In this document: positions 56,122 through 64,000 of the stretch, in pieces | Position numbering within the stretch: position 1 is the stretch's first letter | Layout: the number at the start of each line of letters is the position of its first letter | Source of the DNA: Candidatus Latescibacterota bacterium | GTDB lineage: Bacteria > Latescibacterota > UBA2968 > GCA-2709665 | NCBI GenBank assembly: GCA_963662665.2 | Contig: CAXXJS010000049.1 | Coordinates: 1-64,000, forward strand | Reading direction: 5' to 3' | DNA: 64,000 nucleotides | The notes under the pieces: generated by a model | Database searches by the model: none | Seen by the model: the letters and a program-made list of their open reading frames with translations, nothing else | What the model was told of the DNA's origin: nothing | Translations under genes and position numbers: made by a program

Positions 56122-57279
56122 ATGTCCAAACGCGACTACTACGAGGTCCTCGGTCTGCAACGCGAAGCAACCGAAGGCGAAATTAAGAAAGCCTATCGCA
56201 AACAGGCGATGCAATATCATCCCGACCGTAACGCGGGCGATGAAGAGGCCGCGGCCAGATTCAAGGAGGCCGCCGAAGCATATGAGGTCCTGGGCGATAC
56301 CCAGAAACGTCGCGTGTACGACCAGTACGGTCATGCGGGTCTGGGCGGGCCGTTCCAGGGCGGGGGATTTCAATGGTCCGATTTCACCCATGCAACCGAT
56401 TTCGAGGACATTTTCTCCAATCTCGACGACGTGTTCGGCGGCGGTATTCTGGGCGATCTGTTCGGCCGACGCGGCGGCCGTCGCGGCCCCCAGCGTGGGG
56501 AGGACCTCCGCATTCCGCTCCGGTTGACCCTGGAAGAGATCGCGGCCGGCGCACAAAAGAAGATCCGATTTGCGCGGATGGAAAAGTGCGGCACATGCGA
56601 CGGGAGCGGCGCCCGTTCCGGCGCTGCCGCCAGGACCTGCAGCGTCTGCAACGGGATGGGGCAGGTGCGCCAGGCGACCAGGTCGATGTTCGGCCAGTTC
56701 GTGAACGTAACCACGTGCCCCCAGTGCAACGGCGAGGGCAAGGTGATCGGCGACCGCTGCTCCGACTGCGGCGGCGAGGGCAGGGCGAAAAAGACCGTAA
56801 GTCTGGCAGTCAACGTCCCGGCGGGTGTGACCGACGGCAACTACATCCCGTTGCGGGGGCAGGGCAGCGTTGGACCCCGTGATGGCGCCGCCGGGGATTG
56901 CATGGTGCTGATCGAAGAGGAGGAGCACGAGTACTTCGAGCGGCACGGCAACGACATTCTCTATGAATTGCCCATCAGCTTCAGCCAGGCGGCGCTGGGC
57001 GCCGACGTGACGGTTCCCACGTTGAACAGCAAGGCGGAAATGAAGATTCCGGCCGGAACGCAGTCCGGACAGGTTTTTCGCCTGCGGGGCAAGGGTATAC
57101 CGGAACTGAACGGGTACCGTACCGGCGACCAGCTCGTTCGCGTGATGGTCTGGACGCCAGCCCGTCTCAACGAGGATGAGAAGACGCTGTTCAGGCAACT
57201 CGCCGAACTGGAGAATATCCAGCCACCGGAAGGTGGAAAAGGCTTATTCGAACGTATGAAAGAGGCGTTCGGCGGTTAG
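56122..57279 (+). CDS. dnaJ: Chaperone DnaJ
   Basis: DYYEVLG, HPD, four CxxCxGxG zinc-finger repeats. Confidence 0.97.
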   Translation: MSKRDYYEVLGLQREATEGEIKKAYRKQAMQYHPDRNAGDEEAAARFKEAAEAYEVLGDTQKRRVYDQYGHAGLGGPFQGGGFQWSDFTHATDFEDIFSNLDDVFGGGILGDLFGRRGGRRGPQRGEDLRIPLRLTLEEIAAGAQKKIRFARMEKCGTCDGSGARSGAAARTCSVCNGMGQVRQATRSMFGQFVNVTTCPQCNGEGKVIGDRCSDCGGEGRAKKTVSLAVNVPAGVTDGNYIPLRGQGSVGPRDGAAGDCMVLIEEEEHEYFERHGNDILYELPISFSQAALGADVTVPTLNSKAEMKIPAGTQSGQVFRLRGKGIPELNGYRTGDQLVRVMVWTPARLNEDEKTLFRQLAELENIQPPEGGKGLFERMKEAFGG

Positions 57280-57317
57280 CGAATAGTACCCGTGTGTCTC
57301 CTTTACGCAATACGGGC

Positions 57318-57348
57318 GTCCCGTGCATCCGCACGGGGCTTTTTTTTT
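57318..57348 (+). terminator. Intrinsic terminator after dnaJ
   Basis: gtcccgtgc-atcc-gcacggggc followed by a long T tract. Confidence 0.85.
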
Positions 57349-57376
57349 GGGGGGCCGATCGTCGCCGGACTGCGCG

Positions 57377-58819
57377 TTACGTTTTCCTCAGCCTGCGGAA
57401 AAGCGGTTGACTCTTCCTGATCTCCGATTTCGAAAAACTGGTTTCGATATGATCGGCGGTACACGGAAGAAAGGGTCTCAGGACCCGCGAAATGGCGCGA
57501 ATCGAACCGACCCAGGCCGAGAGATTTTTCCGGAGCTTCCCGGCCTTTCCCTGTTTCAGAAATTCCCACGGACGTTCCGCGTCGATTTCGCGGTTCAGAC
57601 CGCCAACGCGCCGCCAGATGGCCCTCAGGCCGCCGGCAAAGTCGAATTCGTCTAGCGCGTGCGTGACGTCCTGTGGAACGCGGGCATCGGGCGTTTCCGC
57701 CCGACCGTAACCGCACCCTTCGCATAGGGCTTCGAGCCGGCGCACCAGGTTGCCCAGACCGTTCGCAAGGTCCGAGTTGTACACTTCCCGCAGCCTGGCT
57801 TCGGACACATCGCCGTCCTCTCCCGAACGGACTGCGCGGAGCAGGTAGTACCGGAGGGCGTCAGCGCCGTATCGCCGGATCAGGGGGAATGGGTCCACGG
57901 CGTTGTCCAGCGACTTTCCGATCTTGCGGCCTTCCACGGTCAGATGGCCGTGGACGAAGATGGTTCGGGGAAGCGGCAGGCCGGCGGAGAGCAGCAGGGC
58001 GGGCCAGTAAACCGCGTGAAACTTGAGGATATCTTTGCCGATCACGTGGACCCGGTTGGGGCAGTTGCGCCAAAACCGATCGAATTTTTCGACCCCCGAA
58101 CCATAGCCCAGACCGGTGAGGTAGTTGGTCAGGGCGTCGAACCAGACGTACATGACCTGCGTCGGGTGTCCAGGCACGGGCACGCCCCAGCCTCCGGAAC
58201 GCTCCCGATTGCGGGAAATGCTGAAGTCACGCAGGCCCTGCCTGATGAATCCCAGCGCTTCGTTTCGGCGTGTTTCCGGGAGAATGCGAAGCTCTCCGGA
58301 CGCGATCAGGCCCTCGAGCGCCTTCTGATAGGCGGATAGGCGGAAGAAATAGTTGGTTTCTTCCACGGACTCGGGTTCGACGGCGTGAACAGGGCATCGA
58401 CCGTCCGAAAGGTCCCGCTTCAGGTAGAAGTCCTCGCATCCCGCGCAATACAGACCGCGGTACTGCCGGAGGTAGATATCCTCCTGCCGGCAGTCGGTCC
58501 AGAATCCGGATGCGCCGCGGAAGTGGACGTTGGAGGAGGAGCGGATGAAAGCGTCGGAAGAGACGTTGAGGGCTTCGACCAGGTTTCGGAAGACCGCGGC
58601 ATTCCGATCGCAGAACTGATCGGGCGCAAGGCCCTGACGGGCGGCGGCCTGCACGTTTTTGAACGCATTTTCGTCGGTTCCGGTGAGGAAAAACGTCTCG
58701 TCGCCCAGGAGCCGCCGCCACCGTGCAATCGCGTCGGCCTGTACGAGTTCCAGCGCGAAACCCACGTGGGGGCGGGCATTGACGTAGGGGATGGACGTAG
58801 ATACGTAGAACGTATTCAT
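57377..58819 (-). CDS. metG: Methionyl-tRNA synthetase, short atypical form (HVGF/KIGKS, Met-depleted)
   Basis: FYVSTSIPYVN, FFLTGTDE, YCxxCE..CPVH knuckle, NYFFRLS, YVWFDAL, IGKDILKFHAVYWPA, LANGLGNL, NREIDAERPW. Confidence 0.9.
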   Translation of the reverse strand: MNTFYVSTSIPYVNARPHVGFALELVQADAIARWRRLLGDETFFLTGTDENAFKNVQAAARQGLAPDQFCDRNAAVFRNLVEALNVSSDAFIRSSSNVHFRGASGFWTDCRQEDIYLRQYRGLYCAGCEDFYLKRDLSDGRCPVHAVEPESVEETNYFFRLSAYQKALEGLIASGELRILPETRRNEALGFIRQGLRDFSISRNRERSGGWGVPVPGHPTQVMYVWFDALTNYLTGLGYGSGVEKFDRFWRNCPNRVHVIGKDILKFHAVYWPALLLSAGLPLPRTIFVHGHLTVEGRKIGKSLDNAVDPFPLIRRYGADALRYYLLRAVRSGEDGDVSEARLREVYNSDLANGLGNLVRRLEALCEGCGYGRAETPDARVPQDVTHALDEFDFAGGLRAIWRRVGGLNREIDAERPWEFLKQGKAGKLRKNLSAWVGSIRAISRVLRPFLPCTADHIETSFSKSEIRKSQPLFRRLRKT

Positions 58820-58836
58820 CAGGAGGCCCTTTCCAT

Positions 58837-58874
58837 AAAAAAAACCCCACCGCCGATCCGTCGGCGGTGGGGTT
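58837..58874 (-). terminator. Attenuator-type intrinsic terminator in the metG leader
   Basis: Perfect 14-bp stem aaccccaccgccga/tcggcggtggggtt, 4-nt loop, U8 tract ending 17 nt before metG ATG. Confidence 0.88.
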
Positions 58875-58902
58875 GTCGATTCAGGTACACGTACGATTCA
58901 GT

Positions 58903-59061
58903 TCATTTCATGGGATGGTCCGCCGCGGGATGTCCGAATGAGATAGAGGACATCATGCACATCGAAATCACGGCGACACGGGTCGATGCATTGCCATGTG
59001 GAACGGCTGAGGATTGTACTGATAAACGCGAAACGTAGACCGAAATCTGAACCGATTTCAT
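58903..59061 (-). CDS. Putative metG leader peptide (52 aa, M-C-M-M cluster)
   Basis: GGGGAGAG RBS before ATG 59061; ATG TGC ATG ATG at 58962-58951; stop about 28 nt before the terminator stem. Confidence 0.6.
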   Translation of the reverse strand: MKSVQISVYVSRLSVQSSAVPHGNASTRVAVISMCMMSSISFGHPAADHPMK

Positions 59062-59088
59062 CTTACTCTCCCCAATTGTGTGGGCGTA

Positions 59089-59117
59089 AAGATAGACGGC
59101 CAGCCATGAATTGTCAA
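59089..59117 (-). promoter_or_regulatory. Sigma70 promoter for leader peptide and metG
   Basis: Minus strand TTGACA, 17 bp, TATCTT. Confidence 0.6.
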
Positions 59118-59170
59118 GTTTCACGTGCGGACGTACCGCATTTCAGGTATCGCACCGTGCAATTCGCGCA

Positions 59171-59307
59171 GGGATGATCCCATGCTGCAGTAGATCCTTC
59201 GTCGGCCTGGCGGCCTCCTCAGGATGACAGTTTTACCGACACCTTACAGACAGACTTCGCCACCGGTTACCGCAACGCATGTCATTCTGAGCGCAGCGAA
59301 GAATCTC
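59171..59307. repeat. REPIN-like inverted doublet, copy 2
   Basis: Homologous to 13359-13524 but lacking the 28-bp insert. Confidence 0.8.
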
Positions 59308-59462
59308 ACGTACATCGTGAATCTGATATCTTCCCCTTGTCCTTTTGGCGGTATGGGCTTAAATTGACGAAGGCAGGAGAATCCGGGGTGGGCCTGCCGG
59401 TCACCCGGTTTCCGGGCGGTATTCTACTTTCGTGAATATTATTATAGAGTAAGGGATCGGTT

Positions 59463-60512
59463 GTGCTTTACTGGTTGGGAGAGCGTTTCTCGGACGTTTA
59501 CGGGCCCCTTCGGCTGTTAACGTCCTATCTGTTTCTGGCCGTTCTGGGCACGGCGCTGGCCGGTTTATTCACCTGGCGGCTGCTTCCCGGATTGTGGATG
59601 CGGCTGCCCAAAGACCGTGGCCGCGCGTATGCCGTCGATAACGAGCAGAGCCACGGCAAGCCCGTGGGTGCCGGCGTTATTTTCATCCCCATCTACCTGA
59701 TCGTGTGTTTTCTGATCCTCCCGCCGGGTTCCCAGTACTGGCAGATTCTGGGCTGTCTGTTTCTCGCGATGCTGGCCGGGTTCCTTGACGATCGAAGTCC
59801 TGGCGGATGGGGCGAGTACCGCGTGGGAGCCATCGACCTGGGCATTTCCCTGCTGGGCGCAATGGTTATTTGCCAGTTGGAGTCCGTCGAGCTCTGGCTT
59901 CCGCTGATGAAGACGCCGGTACTGGTCCAACCGTGGATTTTCGTGCCCGGGGCCGCGTTATTGATCTGGGTTTCAATCAATGCCACCAACTGTACGGATG
60001 GCGTGGACGGGCTGTCGGGCAGCCTGAGTGTGCTCGCCTTCATCTATCTGGGCGTCATTCTATACGGGATTGTAGGGCACACGGACATTGCCCGGTATCT
60101 TCTTGTGCCGCACTATCCGGACGGCGCGGTCTGGGCCCTGTTCGCATTTGTCATGGCCGGGTGTCTGGCCGGTTATCTCTGGTATAACGCCTATCCCAGC
60201 GCAGTGCTGATGGGAGACGCGGGATCCCGGCCGATGGGCTTCCTGCTCGGGATACTGGTTCTGGCGTGCGGCAATCCGTTTCTGATCGTCGTGGTCGCAA
60301 GCGTGGTGCTGGTGAATGGGGCCACGGGACTGCTGAAAGTGGCGTTGCTGCGGTTTCTGAAGATCGGGATATTCGAGACGGTTCGATATCCGCTGCACGA
60401 TCATTTTCGGCACAAAAACGGATGGTCGAATACGCACGTACTCGTGCGGTTTATTCTGCTCCAGGCGTTTGTGACGCCGATTCTGCTGGTTTTGCTGGTT
60501 AAGATCCGCTGA
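59463..60512 (+). CDS. mraY: Phospho-N-acetylmuramoyl-pentapeptide transferase (MraY family)
   Basis: MLYWL start, GFLDD, NATNCTDGVDGL, LWYNAYPSAVLMGDAGS, PLHDHF. Confidence 0.88.
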   Translation: MLYWLGERFSDVYGPLRLLTSYLFLAVLGTALAGLFTWRLLPGLWMRLPKDRGRAYAVDNEQSHGKPVGAGVIFIPIYLIVCFLILPPGSQYWQILGCLFLAMLAGFLDDRSPGGWGEYRVGAIDLGISLLGAMVICQLESVELWLPLMKTPVLVQPWIFVPGAALLIWVSINATNCTDGVDGLSGSLSVLAFIYLGVILYGIVGHTDIARYLLVPHYPDGAVWALFAFVMAGCLAGYLWYNAYPSAVLMGDAGSRPMGFLLGILVLACGNPFLIVVVASVVLVNGATGLLKVALLRFLKIGIFETVRYPLHDHFRHKNGWSNTHVLVRFILLQAFVTPILLVLLVKIR

Positions 60513-60552
60513 GGGTGCAGGCGCGCGGCGAGATTACGCACAAAGGGAAACC

Positions 60553-61911
60553 ATGGACGCAAAAGAAACGCTAAAGCGGAAAATCTGTGAGGCCATCGAC
60601 CGCCGGCGCGGACAGATCGAGCGGATCGGGGACCACATTATGGCCCATCCGGAGACTGGGTTCAAGGAATTCGAAACGTCCAGGCTGGCGGCGAATACCA
60701 TGGAAGAGTTCGGGATTTCGCCGGAAACCGGGCTGGGGATTACCGGCGTGAAGGGCATTTTACGGGGTGCGAAACCGGGCCCGACCGTGGCCCTGATCGG
60801 CGAGCTGGATTCGCTTGTAGTGCCGGATCATCCCATGGCCGATCCCGAAACCGGCGCCGCACACGCCTGTGGACACAACGCGCAGATGGCCGGGCTGCTG
60901 GGCGCGATGATGGGGATGGTGGACACCGGCGCGGCTGAGTCCATGGCCGGCAACGTCGTGTTTTTCGCGGTGCCCGCGGAAGAGTATATCGAGGTCGAGT
61001 ACCGGATGGGACTGGTCAGGGAAGGAAAGCTGGAGTTCCTGGGCGGCAAACCCGAACTCGTCCGCCTCGGGCATTTCGACGATATCGACGTGGCGGCCAT
61101 GATCCACACGCACAGCGACCCTGGCATGAAGAAGGCGGCGACTGCCAAGTCGTGCAACGGATGTATGGTGAAGATGATCCGGTTCGTTGGCCGTGCCGCG
61201 CACGCCGGAGGCGCGCCTCACAGGGGAATCAACGCGTTGAACGCCGCCCAGATCGCATTAATGGCAATTCATGCGCAGCGTGAGACGTTTCGGGATAACG
61301 ATTCGATCCGGGTACATCCGATCATCACCAGGGGCGGCGACATCGTGAATGTGGTGCCGGCGGAGGTAACGATGGAGACCTACGTCCGGGGGAAGACGAA
61401 CGAAGCGATGCTGGACGCCAACGAGAAGGTCGACCGGGCGATCCGCGCGGGGGCCATGGCGGTCGGCGCTCGGGTGGAGATCGAGACGCTGCCGGGGTAC
61501 ATGCCCGTCAGGACCGATCCTGCGTTGAGCGAAGTGTTCGAATCGAATTCGAGAGCACTATTCGGCGACGACGAGGTCTGTGAGGTCTCGCACCGGTCGG
61601 GATCCACGGATATGGGGGATCTGTCCCACATCATGCCGGCGATCCATCCGTACATGTCCGGAGCGGACGGCGTGGGTCACAGCGCGGACTGGCATATTTC
61701 GGACAAGGAGATGGGGTATATCGCGCCCGCGAAATCACTGGCGCTTCTGGCCGTGGACCTTCTGCACGGCGCCGGCGAGGAGGCGACGGGCGTGCTCCGG
61801 GACTTCGAGCCGGCGATGACGAAGGAAGAGTACCTGACGTTCCAGCGTGCGCTGTTCAAGACGGAGGTATTCGACGGGGCAGGCGGCGGGAAAGACGGGA
61901 ATACGAACTGA
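60553..61911 (+). CDS. M20 family amidohydrolase (ACY1L2/AbgB-like)
   Basis: HPETGFKE, GELDSL, HACGHN, PAEE, GRAAHAG, GSTDMGD. Confidence 0.9.
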   Translation: MDAKETLKRKICEAIDRRRGQIERIGDHIMAHPETGFKEFETSRLAANTMEEFGISPETGLGITGVKGILRGAKPGPTVALIGELDSLVVPDHPMADPETGAAHACGHNAQMAGLLGAMMGMVDTGAAESMAGNVVFFAVPAEEYIEVEYRMGLVREGKLEFLGGKPELVRLGHFDDIDVAAMIHTHSDPGMKKAATAKSCNGCMVKMIRFVGRAAHAGGAPHRGINALNAAQIALMAIHAQRETFRDNDSIRVHPIITRGGDIVNVVPAEVTMETYVRGKTNEAMLDANEKVDRAIRAGAMAVGARVEIETLPGYMPVRTDPALSEVFESNSRALFGDDEVCEVSHRSGSTDMGDLSHIMPAIHPYMSGADGVGHSADWHISDKEMGYIAPAKSLALLAVDLLHGAGEEATGVLRDFEPAMTKEEYLTFQRALFKTEVFDGAGGGKDGNTN

Positions 61912-61924
61912 TCCTTACGTCTGC

Positions 61925-62695
61925 TTAAATCACATTGATCTCGCGCGTTCCGGCGTTCCCGATGCGTTTCGGGCCGTCTCTTTCCAGCACCGCCGGTTCC
62001 TCCACCAGCCAGGATCCCTCCAGAGAAAGAACGTTCCCTTCCTCGAAAACGATCCCGGGCGCCACGCGTTCGTGGCCCGACGGGTAGGCGGAACTCATTC
62101 TGGGTTCCTCGTGAACGTCCATTCCCACCCCGTGTACCAACCATAGTGGCGCGTCTGTTTTTTCAGCTTCGAACTCACGGCGGCAGGCCTCGAAGACTTC
62201 CCGTTTGGTCTTGCCGGGGCGCACTACGTCATACATAAACGCGATGCGGCGGACATGGGCGTTTACGGTTCCAACTGCTTTCGGTGTGGGTTCCCCGAAA
62301 CAGAGTGGCAGTTTGAAGTCGCTCATGTAACCCTGGTAGCAAATGTTCCAATCAGGAGATAATCCCGCGTCCAGGCCGATCCGACCTCGATGAAGGTCCC
62401 GTTTCTTTAACTGATCGATTGTCACGGCAAGATAATCCTTCACGTAGTCGTCGGTCCCGTAGGTCTCTGACGGCATGTCCGGCAGGTTGAGGCCGCGGGC
62501 GCCCACGGTGAAAGATCTGTCGGGCGGCGCGATGACGCAGAACATCAGTATCCATCCATCGTTGGTATTGTTGTACATCGCATCCCGGAAGAGGAGGTCG
62601 CTGCGCAGGTAAAGGGTGTTCTTTCGTCCTGCGAGGATAAGGGCATCCAGCCCGCTTTCGGCGATGAGGGCTTTCAACCTCGGAATATTGGCCAC
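61925..62695 (-). CDS. M24 (Xaa-Pro peptidase/creatinase-like) protein, apparently internally deleted; possible pseudogene
   Basis: GLDALIL..N..YL, GRIGLD, YQGYMSD, HGVGMDVHEEP, LSLE; only 256 aa. Confidence 0.65.
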   Translation of the reverse strand: MANIPRLKALIAESGLDALILAGRKNTLYLRSDLLFRDAMYNNTNDGWILMFCVIAPPDRSFTVGARGLNLPDMPSETYGTDDYVKDYLAVTIDQLKKRDLHRGRIGLDAGLSPDWNICYQGYMSDFKLPLCFGEPTPKAVGTVNAHVRRIAFMYDVVRPGKTKREVFEACRREFEAEKTDAPLWLVHGVGMDVHEEPRMSSAYPSGHERVAPGIVFEEGNVLSLEGSWLVEEPAVLERDGPKRIGNAGTREINVI

Positions 62696-62937
62696 GTTGG
62701 AGTCTCCTGGTTAACGATTCTTGTTGTCATGAATCGGTCAGAAGGAAGAGGTAAGACGGGTTGGTAACCCTGTCAAATGACATCACCGAAACTGTATCTA
62801 TCGATGTTCGAAAAGAAGCGAATTGTATAAGGGAGCGCGAGATTGGAGTTGGCCTTCATGCCAGCGTGTCGTAACACAAAATGTGAGTTTGTGGCGGAAA
62901 AAAACGTGACATTTGGGGTCCTGCGTTTTTATGCAGC

Positions 62938-62961
62938 ACGCGAACTGACAGTTCGCGTTAC
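62938..62961 (-). repeat. REP-like hairpin GTA-ACGCGAACT-gtc-AGTTCGCGT
   Basis: Perfect 9-bp stem with GTA(A) foot, intergenic. Confidence 0.6.
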
Positions 62962-63091
62962 GATCGGGTTCCGGTATCTGAGATCTTGGTTAGTGAGCCA
63001 GTTTTTCGGGACCGATAGGCGGGCTGCTCGCTGCTTCTCGCTACACTTGGGACCGTCGGCTTCCAGCCCTTGTGGCGCCGACGTTGGATTT

Positions 63092-63116
63092 GTAGGGGCG
63101 ACCCTTGTGGTCGCCC
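63092..63116 (+). repeat. GTAG-family REP
   Basis: GTAG-GGGCGACC-cttgt-GGTCGCCC. Confidence 0.75.
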
Positions 63117-63233
63117 GCCCTCGCGACTTTTCCTGACAGTTGATAACTCTGTCTGCTAAAGTATCCTTGACTGTTACCGGAAACAAGCGGTTTGTCCCAT
63201 GCGGCGGGCTATTGCCGTCAAAGGAGAATGAAG

Positions 63234-64000
63234 ATGCCACATCCGAATGACCTGAATATCGGCTGGAATGCCGTCAGCACGACGGGTGCGGTTGCCGCGG
63301 GTGGCGCCGGAGCCGTGGCAGCGGGAATCGGGATTCTGGAACGGGGTGGAAACGCGGCAGACGCCGCGGCGGCGACCATCCTCGCGCTGAACGTGACCGA
63401 TCACGGCGCGTGCTCGATCGGGGGCGAGGTGCCGGTGATCGTCTACGACGCTGACAGACAGGAGGTCAAGACGCTATCCGGTCAGGGGAGGGCGCCGCTC
63501 TCGCAAGAAGCGATCGACTGGTACATGGAACACGGCATTCCCGATAAAGACATCAAGATGGCGCCGGTCCCTTCGGTTGTTGATCTGTGTACGACGCTGC
63601 TCATAAAGTATGGCACCCAGTCCTTTGAACGGATTGTGGCTCCCACGCTGGAAATCCTGGATGACGGCGAGGAATCCTGGCATCCCCGGCTTGCCGACAC
63701 GCTCCGCAGGCTGGTCAAGGCGGAACAGGCCGCACACGGAAACCGCCAGGAGAAGGTTGCCGCCGCGAGCGACCGCTTCTACGGCCGCAACGGGGCGGGA
63801 CAGGACGTCGCCGACGCTTTGGAGGCGGATTACGTCGAGAAAGGCGGTTTTCTGCGGAAAGCAGACCTGGCGGCCCACCGGACCCTGATTGAAGATCCCG
63901 TCACGGTCGACTACCGGGGTTACGACGTGTACAAATGCGGTCCCTGGACGCAGGGGCCGTACCTGTGCCAGGCGTTGCGCCTCCTGGAGGGCTTCGATCT
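63234..64000 (+). CDS. Gamma-glutamyltransferase family protein (runs off window)
   Basis: Manual translation MPHPNDLNIGW...GILERGGNAADAAAATILALNV..SIGGE...SGQG...YRGYDVYKCGPWTQGP; AAGGAG RBS. Confidence 0.85.
   Translation, partial: MPHPNDLNIGWNAVSTTGAVAAGGAGAVAAGIGILERGGNAADAAAATILALNVTDHGACSIGGEVPVIVYDADRQEVKTLSGQGRAPLSQEAIDWYMEHGIPDKDIKMAPVPSVVDLCTTLLIKYGTQSFERIVAPTLEILDDGEESWHPRLADTLRRLVKAEQAAHGNRQEKVAAASDRFYGRNGAGQDVADALEADYVEKGGFLRKADLAAHRTLIEDPVTVDYRGYDVYKCGPWTQGPYLCQALRLLEGFD

Noticed and set aside
58820-59100. T-box or SAM riboswitch for metG
   Set aside because: No GGTGGNACCGCG T-box consensus or SAM-I core seen; the leader-peptide model fits better.
1-64000. CRISPR array, rRNA/tRNA, prophage, intact transposase or integrase
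   Set aside because: No regularly spaced repeats, cloverleafs or such proteins recognised by eye; a tRNA/Rfam scan was not possible.

Overview
GC-rich bacterial chromosome segment from a diderm organism (BamA/TamA-family gene present). Gene content resembles Latescibacterota/Poribacteria-type, sponge-associated heterotrophs, but that assignment is only an inference. About 55 CDS. Housekeeping genes (dapL, nadB, guaA, glnA, hrcA-grpE-dnaJ, metG-like, mraY) are interspersed with many catabolic enzymes: 3 Gfo/Idh/MocA, 3 PhyH dioxygenases, sulfatase, heparinase-like protein, deacetylases, a MaoC-CitE-CaiB trio, SBP56 and M20/M24 peptidases. There is also a MazEF-type TA pair and an NHL + large beta-barrel + BamA/TamA cluster. 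I saw no rRNA, tRNA, CRISPR array or intact transposase. Intergenic DNA holds several non-autonomous repeat families: an IS1380-like ~192-bp MITE with CTAA target duplications, a second MITE family, and REP/REPIN-like hairpins, some nested. The best candidate for an undescribed system is at 57377-59116. It is a methionyl-tRNA synthetase with only one internal Met in 480 aa (even KMSKS reads KIGKS), preceded by a promoter, a leader peptide carrying an M-C-M-M codon cluster and a perfect intrinsic terminator. This suggests a Met-starvation-induced, Met-sparing MetRS controlled by ribosome-mediated attenuation. A four-site, 11-bp-phased box resembling the actinobacterial GlnR box lies upstream of glnA.
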